From assembly GCA_002269645.1 (NCBI GenBank), contig NIVC01001178.1:280003-344002 (forward strand): a stretch of 64,000 nt of DNA. Reading direction: 5' to 3'. The position numbers and the translations under genes are program-made. This stretch comes from Macrostomum lignano (taxonomy: Eukaryota). The stretch's first letter is position 1. Each line of letters opens with the position of its first letter. Below, in pieces: positions 1 to 10,299 of this stretch. The notes under the pieces are model-generated. The model made no database searches, was not told where the DNA came from, and saw nothing but the letters and a program-made list of their open reading frames with translations.

Positions 1-490
1 AAGGGATTAGCGAGAAGGGATTAGCGTGGAGGGATTAGAGAGGAGGGATTAAAGAGGACGGATTAACGAGAAGGGATTAACGAGGAGGGATTAGAGAGGA
101 GGGATTAGAGAGGAGGGATTAGCAAGGAGGGATTAGCGAGGAGGGATTAGAGAGGAGGGATTAGCGAGAAGGGATTAGCGAGAAGGGATTAGCGTGGAGG
201 GATTAGAGAGGAGGGATTAAAGAGGACGGATTAGCGAGAAGGGATTAACGAGGAGGGATTAGAGAGGAGGGATTAGAGAGGAGGGATTAGCGAGGAGGGA
301 TTAGAGAGGAGGGATTAGAGAGGAGGGATTAGCGAGAAGGGATTAGCGAGAAGGGATTAGCGTGGAGGGATTAGAGAGGAGGGATTAAAGAGGACGGATT
401 AGCGAGGAGGGATTAGAGAGGAGGGATTAGCGAGGAGGGATTAGAGAGGAGGGATTAGAGAGGAGGGATTAGAGAGGAGGGATTAGAGAG
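1..490. repeat. 14-bp G-rich minisatellite (GGGATTAGAGAGGA and variants), truncated by window start
   Basis: Tandem units gggattag[a/c]gagga visible directly. Confidence 0.95.
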
Positions 491-1596
491 GATGTATTAG
501 CCAGGAGGGATCAATGAGGGAAATTATCGTTGGGATGAGCTAGAGACACAAGCGAAAAAGGAATTAACCCTGCAAGCAATAAACTTACATTGAAGAGGAG
601 CCGGAAGTCTACCTGAAAAAATAAATTCCTTAAATATCCTAAACTGAAACTGACATTTTCAAAGAAATTATATAAGGAATTGAAGTTTTTCCTCTAATGT
701 AGGTTTCAAAATTTAGGACAGTTCAAACAGATTACTTAGTTAGTGCATCCGTGTTGTTGACTTGAAATAAAGTTGGTCTAAACTACGATATTCTTATCGG
801 TGGAGACATTAAACCAAGTTAAACCGGTTTATCAGTATTAATGTAAACAATTTCAAATGATTTCCTAGAAACTTGCACTACTTTCCGTTTTGCACTGAAA
901 GAATTAGCATTTTAAGTCACTACAGATTTTACAGGCATAAATTTTTATTAGTCAGCGTGGTTCCGATAACAAATATAGTAACTTACCAGTTTGGAAAACG
1001 TTTGATTTAACAGTTGCATCCTGGCGTCAAGCAGACCTTAAAGCTAAACGTCAGATTGGCTAATCATTTGGCTTAATCATCATTTTAAAGACTCTAGAAG
1101 GATTCTAGATTGGGAAAAAAGAGTAGTTAAGCTGTCATAATGTAATTTAAGATCAAGGTGCTACTTATTTATATCAAATGTGAGACTTAATGAAACTTCT
1201 TAGCATTCAGGCACTTCAAATAATTATTGTCTATGGTAATTTATGTCAAAATATACAACTATATAAAATACGATTGCTTATTTAATCGTTAAAAAATTGT
1301 ACTATTCTGAGCCGGGAATGTGTTGTCTGTGGTAATTTTTAACAAAAACTAGGATATTATATCATATAATCTCCTCGAAATCAGGAGCAATCGAATTTAA
1401 TATATGATAAACGCCGTTTAATTCATCATAGTCTATGGTTAGAATATCCTCGGCTGCAATCAATGGTCCTCGGCTCGCTACGCTCACCTCGAGACCATTA
1501 AACGCAGCCTCGGACATTCTAACCACAGAATGTGAATTAAACGGCGTTTATTATTTACATATAGAACTATGGCCGAGACTAATTAAGTCGCTTCAC

Positions 1597-3175
<1,579 letters not shown>

Positions 3176-3495
3176 ATAAATGAACAGGACTTCAATTCTA
3201 TTAAAGGATACATCAGCATCAAATGCTTTCAACCTGATTTCTAAAAGTGCGTTTTTCGTTGGTGAATTGCGCTGTCGAGGCCTACAACTGGAAACCTTGA
3301 AAACAGAAGTAGCCAAGCTGATGAGGAAGAGAGCCTTCCTTCATTAGTCATTTCCCCGACAGGTCTGCGCAGCCCCCCCCCGCGTGCCCGGTAAACAACC
3401 AGCCATCGGTGCCGCAGACCCAAAAGCCTTACGAACTGGTGCACTTTCAAGACATCGTAGCTCGAATGCAACTTTTATTCTTTTGCCTCGCCTCG

Positions 3496-3750
3496 CCAGC
3501 ACCAAGGAGTGCCAGCACTAAGGGGCGCCAGCACCAAGGGGCGCCAGCACCAAGGGGCGCCAGCACCAAGGGGCGCCAGCACCAAGGGGCGCCAGCACCA
3601 AGGGGTGCCAGCACCAAGGGGCGCCAGCACCAAGGGGCGCCAGCACCAAGGGGTGCCAGCACCAAGGGGCGCCAGCACCAAGGGGCGCCAGCACCAAGGG
3701 GCGCCAGCACCAAGGGGCGCCAGCACCAAGAGGCGCCAGCACCAAGGGGT
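3496..3750. repeat. 16-bp GC-rich minisatellite (CCAGCACCAAGGGGCG)
   Basis: Tandem units; translated period of 16 aa equals 3 units. Confidence 0.95.
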
Positions 3751-4209
3751 GTCCGGAACATTACTGAATTCACAACGAAGTGATTCCAGTGTCTGCTGTC
3801 TGCACTGCCACACAGCAATGTCTGGCTACCCGAATACATGCTGGATGATTCGGCCACCTAAATGCCAACCTTGCAATCCTTGTAATCAATAACTTTCTGT
3901 TGCTCCTGTCGGTAGGAAAGAACTTTCAAATAATAGCTATGGTACTTGTAAATCACAAGGGCTTCGGTTAAAAGCATGCGAATCAAGGTAGGTTAGAGTG
4001 CTGTTTTGCTAATCTGCAGCCAAGTTGCGGTGGCTTCTACAAGAGAGAGACAGCAAAGCTATTGTACATTTTACGAAATAAGGCCTCAGTTTCATGAGGA
4101 GCTTGTCAGGTGTCTAAGTCATAGATAGATATGGGGCAAAAGGCTCATGGAGAATTACGCGAAAGTCAAGACATGGCTCAAAGTGAACTGTTGAAATGCC
4201 TCAAGACCA

Positions 4210-4445
4210 AGGGGAATTGCTGAGATGTCTAAGGATCAAGGGGAATCGCTAGGAGATGTCTAAGGATCAAGGGGAATTGCTGAGATGTCTAAACATCAAG
4301 GGGAATTGCCGCGATGTCTAAGGATTAAGGGGAATGGTCAAGATGTCTGAGGATCAAGGAGAATCGCTGAGATGTCTAAGGGGAATTGCTGAGATGTCTA
4401 AGGATCAAGGGTAATCCCTGAAATGTCTAAGGATCAAGGGGAATT
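4210..4445. repeat. Degenerate ~29-bp tandem repeat (GGGGAATTGCTGAGATGTCTAAGGATCAA)
   Basis: About 8 degenerate copies; related motif near 17995-18090. Confidence 0.8.
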
Positions 4446-4812
4446 ACCTGTACCTTTTACTTTAATTAACATTTTCTCCATAGGTCTCTGTGTTTATTCG
4501 AATACCTTGAATGTAAAGTTTAGTTTCACGAACTTTCAACGCGACTATTTTAGTGCAAATTTCCAGACAGAATTTCCAATGGGGAAGATTTACAAGTACA
4601 CGCACTGTAGAGGTCCAAAACTATAGGATACGAGCTAAATTTGCATCCTAGCAACGATTTGTACAAAATTTCTTCACCAATTACATTCGTTTGCAGCAAT
4701 GACCGCAAATTCTTCCTTTTCGTTGCCATGTGCATCATCAGTGAGACCAAGATTAAACAGACTTGGGTTCTAGAAATCCTAAACTAGGCTTTGTCAGTAG
4801 TTTGGACTAAGG

Positions 4813-6912
4813 ATGCAAGGCCCTAAAGAGATGGCGGAGCCACAGAAAGGACCATGGAAGCCGGACCTTCCACCAGCACCTCCTCAAAACTATCCGCGCA
4901 GTCAGAATCGACCAAAATCAGCGGCCGAAACGGCGCAAATGTTGATCAGCGAGTTCAACGACTACGGGCATCGAACCACGGTGCACGGCCTGGGCCACAT
5001 GTACCAGTCTACAGACATGAGACGCAAACTGTTCTGGCTAGCGCTCACAGTTATTGGCTCCATAGCTTGTGGAGTTCACATCTACTTCATTGTAGAAAAC
5101 TACAACGAGACTCCAGTCAATTCCGTCATTCTCAACGGTGGGGTTCGAGTGACCTTTCCAGACGTGACCCTCTGCAACATGTACCCGATCTCTGAGTCGG
5201 TGCAGAACCACGGAGTCGGTGAGATCCGGGGTCACATTAGAAAATACTGGAGATTCTTTCGCGGCTTCATCAAAGCTTCGACGGGATATGAGAATAGCAC
5301 CAGGAATCGATTTCAAATGGCCAGGAAGTTCTTTCAAATTTTCTGGGCATCCGAGGACACAAGAGACCTGGCTCACGATGATGACCTATTTCTAGTCTAC
5401 TGCAGGTACAAAAACCGTAAGTGCACTAGCAGGCATTTCAAAATGGTGCAGAACATTGTCTACTGGAACTGTTACACATTCACGCCAAAGTTTGATGGAG
5501 AGGAAGATGAGGACAGGCGCGTGTACAGTGGAAATGAAGACGACGGTCTCAACATGATTCTGTACACCAATTCGCACCTCAGAAATATCCATGCGAACAA
5601 CAGCCTCACGACTGTAGACGGAATTATAAATCTGACACGAAGCGAAGCAAAACAGGGGTTGCGTCGAGATCAGTCTAATTTTCTCGAACGCTACCTGGTG
5701 AATTACAGTCTTTCTTTGAACCAGCTGCTAGCCGGAGACAGGTTGGAGCCCGATGGAATTCGGGTCATTCTCCACGAGAAAGGAACTTACCCCCACATGG
5801 ACATGAACAGCGTGATCGTTGGTAACGGAGACTACTCCAAAGTCGTCTTCTCAATGGAGCGCAAGATTTCCAAGAACCGGCCGGATTTCCCGTGCCGAGA
5901 AACCTCCAAGGACGCCGCCGATGAGGAGGTGGAGTACGTTTCCTACTACCCTGGCGTCGATGTGAGGTACACCACCAAGAGACCGCCACCGAACTTCAAG
6001 AAGTTCAAGCGCGATCGACTCGACTACGTAGTGACTCGAGTCCAGGACCTGTTCTGGTCGAGCTGCAGCTGCTACACCCACGTGGTCCCGTTCTCGCACT
6101 TCAACTCGAAGCTGTGCTACTTTTGCAGAAACGGCACGGACCCAGTGGAGATCCGACGCACTCTCGAGCGAGTCCACTGCCACGACAGAGTCTACCAGAA
6201 CCAGCTGAAGAAGAACATCCTCACCTACTTCAGCGACTCGCAGCGCTTCCAGCCGTGCACTGGCGACGAATACGACGTGAAGATGGGCAGCTCAGCGTGG
6301 CCCAGCCAGCGCGACATCATGTTCCTCGTCGACCAGTACGTGATTCCCGCCTTCCTGCACGAGAGCGTCGGCAACCGGTCCTACAACAGCATCCTGAAGA
6401 ACACGAGAGTCTACCCGATCCGCGACATCATCGGGACGACGCCCGAACAGGCGATCGGCTCAAAGACTATCAAGTCGTTCAACTGGACCGTGGACGAGTT
6501 CCTCATTCGCAAGAGCTTCCTCAAGGTGGCCATCCACGCCGACAGCCCGACGGGAACGCTCAACGAAGAGGTCGAGAGCTACTCGTTCGCCGAGGCGCTG
6601 TCGGAGATCGGCGGCATCTTCGGCCTCTACGCCGGCGTCTCGCTGCTCACCTTCTTCGAGTTCGTCGAGCTCGCCTACCTGATGGCCACGAAGCCGAAGG
6701 AGGTGACGCGGCATGAGAAGGACGGCAAGTCGAAGTTCGCCATGCTGCAGCAAACCATGGAGGACGGAGAGCTGCCAGCCAGCGAGGTGCTCAAGTACAA
6801 GCAGCTGTTCGACCGCGGCAACTGCTGCGCCCTGCCAACGGCCAGCGCCTCCCAACAGAGCAGGAGCTTCATCATGCAAGCTGAGAGGGAGGACTCTCTT
6901 TTCCTTGCTTGA
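4813..6912 (+). CDS. DEG/ENaC (ASIC/FaNaC superfamily) sodium channel subunit, intronless, 699 aa (copy A)
   Basis: Pre-TM1 HG motif (TTVHGL), TM1, FPDVTLCN, WNCYTF, GIRVILH, Cys-containing thumb, TM2 LSEIGGIFGLYAGVSLLTFFE; AATAAA at ~7140. Confidence 0.95.
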   Translation: MQGPKEMAEPQKGPWKPDLPPAPPQNYPRSQNRPKSAAETAQMLISEFNDYGHRTTVHGLGHMYQSTDMRRKLFWLALTVIGSIACGVHIYFIVENYNETPVNSVILNGGVRVTFPDVTLCNMYPISESVQNHGVGEIRGHIRKYWRFFRGFIKASTGYENSTRNRFQMARKFFQIFWASEDTRDLAHDDDLFLVYCRYKNRKCTSRHFKMVQNIVYWNCYTFTPKFDGEEDEDRRVYSGNEDDGLNMILYTNSHLRNIHANNSLTTVDGIINLTRSEAKQGLRRDQSNFLERYLVNYSLSLNQLLAGDRLEPDGIRVILHEKGTYPHMDMNSVIVGNGDYSKVVFSMERKISKNRPDFPCRETSKDAADEEVEYVSYYPGVDVRYTTKRPPPNFKKFKRDRLDYVVTRVQDLFWSSCSCYTHVVPFSHFNSKLCYFCRNGTDPVEIRRTLERVHCHDRVYQNQLKKNILTYFSDSQRFQPCTGDEYDVKMGSSAWPSQRDIMFLVDQYVIPAFLHESVGNRSYNSILKNTRVYPIRDIIGTTPEQAIGSKTIKSFNWTVDEFLIRKSFLKVAIHADSPTGTLNEEVESYSFAEALSEIGGIFGLYAGVSLLTFFEFVELAYLMATKPKEVTRHEKDGKSKFAMLQQTMEDGELPASEVLKYKQLFDRGNCCALPTASASQQSRSFIMQAEREDSLFLA
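5744..6892. repeat. Left arm of a 1149-bp near-perfect inverted repeat (pairs with 10332-11480)
   Basis: Base-by-base comparison gave 5 substitutions (5772, 5823, 5908, 6137, 6855) and no indels. Confidence 0.95.
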
Positions 6913-7749
6913 GTTATCGCTGAATTATTTATAAGTGCTTATTTAGTGAATTATTTAAACTACTTGTCAGTAGCAACTGATGTAAAGTGCAAAAAACAAA
7001 ATAAGTTTCATTGAGCATAACCAGACCACCGTCTTCAGACTTCAACAGCAATTTAGGTACAGCTGATAAATAAATTACCCACATAGCACTACTGTCTAGT
7101 AGTGCAGATTGATTCGACGTAAGGTCCAGTAGAAAAAGCAATAAATAAAGTCTCTAGTTTGTCGAACTGCAGCATCCAAGAAGTTTCAGAGCGTTGGAAG
7201 TTGTTCATTATTCAATAAAATGCTATGTAAAACTTGATGTATTATAAATGTATAATTTTTTGCAGAAATTAGGGACAACTAAAACAGTTGTAGTTGTGTT
7301 GTGTATTAGTTATCCCATGCAGAAGTATTGCTGAATGAGTTTTTAACTGTTGACTTTCATTGAATTTACGCCTAAGTTATTGCACTTTCATGTCACTCAT
7401 AAATCACACAATACTTATTGAATTCTACACTAATTTCCTGCAATAAATGCAAATATATGTCCGTGCATCGGTTGTCTGTACCAGCCAATATGCTGCTGTC
7501 TACTCGTAACTCCGTTATCAATGAAGTTTCGTGGATTTTGTGGATGCTGAATAGACAGAAAAAAACGATAAATTTTTGGAACTGATTAGAAATCCAAATA
7601 ATAGAGGTTTTGTTTCAACAAAATTATTCTACTAATTTTAATTAGAAGTTAACAGCGAAAAAAATTTCTATACATATCGGAAGCTAAGTTTCAGCCTCTG
7701 CCGTAAGCATTGAAAACGAAGTGATTTAGAGTTCGTTAAAATCCTTCTC

Positions 7750-7935
7750 TGCCTTCCCCTTCTACCTCTGCTCCCCCTCTTCTTCTCCTTTTCTCCCCCT
7801 CCGCATCTACTCCGCCTCTGCCTCTGCTCCCCCTCTGTCTCTGCTCCCCACTCTGCCTCTGCTCCCCACTCTGCCTCTGCCCCCCCCTCTGCCTCTGCTC
7901 CCCCTCTGCCTCTAGTGATCCCCCTGCCTCTCCCA
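7750..7935. repeat. CT-rich low-complexity repeat (CTCTGCCTCTGCTCCCC-like)
   Basis: Visible directly. Confidence 0.85.
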
Positions 7936-8362
7936 CTGCGTTTGCTTAACCCACCACCCCACCCTGACTGCCCCGGCCCCTTGGCAGTCCAATACTAATT
8001 GGCTGCCGCACTACATTGTGGTTAGCCGTTTTACGTGCAGTCCCCTGCAGTGTCACCTCCTAGCATATCAGGTACCTCTCTACCCTAAGCTTGCCCTGAT
8101 TGGCCGGCTGCTTATGGCGGTTGCGGGTCGGTGCACTGCGGATTAAAGGGTCTTGACCAAATATATACTTATTCGCGCAGTGAGCCAGGGGAGACAATCT
8201 GGAATCTATTATCGCTCAGTGTCACAACTACATTACATGTAGATTTAAGACTATTGTTTCAAGCGTATCTTTAGCATGGACAACTAAAGCAACGTATATA
8301 CAGGACGCGAAACTCACGTTTCATGGAAAAAAGTTTTGAAGGCCACTTTTCGTCGAAAAATA

Positions 8363-8858
8363 CACTACGGGGATAAGAAATTTTCACTTTTTCATTATTA
8401 AAATTGTATTTGCTTTTGGTAGTAGGCAGACCCAATGTTCATCTTTTGATATGTTGTGCCTTTTTTACAGCTCTATTGACGTTTGTAAAGCTTTTTGTTC
8501 AGAAAACTATGATTCTGTGTTAATTTTTATTCTACGTACAACTGCACATGTCCTGTGTCTAAAAACGATTAAAGTGGCACAGCTCGGCTTATTGGTTTTA
8601 TGAATCTATTTTGTCATTCTTATAGCTGACTGTGTAGCAGTATGTGTAGCATTTTTTAGCATTTTTAGGTGCAGGTAATGTACGTAGAATGCAAAAATAA
8701 CATATAGAATCCTAATTTTCTAAACAAAAGCTATATAATTATCAATAGGGCTATAGGAAAGGCACAACATATCAAAAGATAAACATTGGGTCTGCCTCTT
8801 ATCGAAAGCAATAACAATTGTAATATGTAAAAAGTGAAAACTTCCTATTTCCGTAGTG
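8363..8858. mobile_element. Foldback / non-autonomous DNA transposon with CACTAC termini (CACTA/EnSpm-like), ~496 bp
   Basis: Degenerate inverted arms of ~200 bp, e.g. aggcagacccaatgttcatcttttgatatgttgtgcc (8424) vs reverse complement of 8761-8797; both ends read CACTACGG inward; no target-site duplication recognised. Confidence 0.7.
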
Positions 8859-10299
8859 TTGTTTCTTTCTACGTCCCACGGCTCATCCGGTTCCTCCGGG
8901 CCACCAAACGAGCCTCCGTCTTCCCCACCGAGGACAACGCTGCAGACAGGACCGGCAGACCTCCCAGACCGGCCCCTCGCCCTAGCCTATGCGGGTCTCT
9001 CAGGGATTAGCGGAATGGGCGACGCTCGCCTCCCCGCTGAGTCTTCGGACCGCCCTGCAGCTAAGTCAAGTAAGTCAAAAGGCCTTTAAAACAGTTTCCA
9101 TAGATTTCGAGTGTTGCGTTCTTCTACTTTAGTAGTTCTTGATCTTTATCTGATAGGCGATTACAAATTGCAACTTTCTGCATCAATAACGTACTATAAG
9201 GCTTACAAGCTATTTCTTGAATTTCAGTTTTAGGAAAGCAAAATACCAAGGTACATATAAACGCATTTTGGCTTAGTAACATCCTTCTATAGATCACTAT
9301 TCCTCAACATATTCGTCCAGAGGTAAGGAAATTTCTGTCTAACAGCAAGGCAGTGTATTAAGGCGGCTCTTGAAGTAATTTTTGCTCTCTTGAAATGCCG
9401 CCCTTCATACTGCAGCAGTTCCACCATATGCTGTACATGCATATAGCTGTAAGGTATTATTCCAGCTAAGGGGTGCACAGGGATTCACATTGCCTACATG
9501 CCCTCTGCCCCAGCCTCGCTGGAAGCACACATTATTTAGGCCAATCCGATCAATCATTCTGACCGTGCCGAAGATCTTCTTTTTAGCTGCAGTCCACCTG
9601 TGAGCCACTCGCATGCAGTGCTCTGGCTGCGTGGGCCTTTCACTGCTTTTCTTTTTTTTGAAGCCGGTTTGCTCCTCTCCTAGCAAAGTATAACAAACTA
9701 TCAATTAAATGATTGCAAAAACAATAACTTATATATGTAAGGAAACATACTAAAATTTATTAATTGACAATTAAATAAGCAATACTGTTAAGGTTTTATC
9801 TGTCCAAATAGCGGTAAAAATGGTATCAACGTAAGTCAAAGGATCAAAAGAGTTCGCATTAATCCCATTTACAGGGTACCAAAAAGTTAAAAACCGACGC
9901 CAAAACGAAAACGCGAAAATGAAAATGGCAGATAGAATATTCAGCAAATATCTGAGAAGCAGAAGAGTAATGTACAATATATCAAGGGAAATTACAAAAA
10001 CATACCAAGCTGCATATTTTTGCTGAAACGTCATTCGGTAAGATATTTATATTTAGTTCACGGATACACTTGCAAAATTATTCAGAGCAAGGCAATAGTC
10101 AATTTGCAATCCGTTAGGCCCATCCTACTAGTACTGACCTCTAACAACGCGCACCTGACTTTCTCTTCGCAAGGCATGTACAAGCCGCGCACATGTGCAC
10201 CAATGAAGCTATTCTGCTTCAAAGTCAACACCAATAATACAATGAACGGGGAACTCAACCTTCTGAATGCGTGAAAAATTGCGGCCAAAATTATTCGGG

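Noticed and set aside
1-490. True telomeric repeat or chromosome end
   Set aside because: Unit is 14 bp and lacks canonical TTAGGG tandem runs.
3241-3892. Short ORFs around the 16-bp repeat
   Set aside because: Mostly repeat-derived; the unique parts show no motif I recognise.
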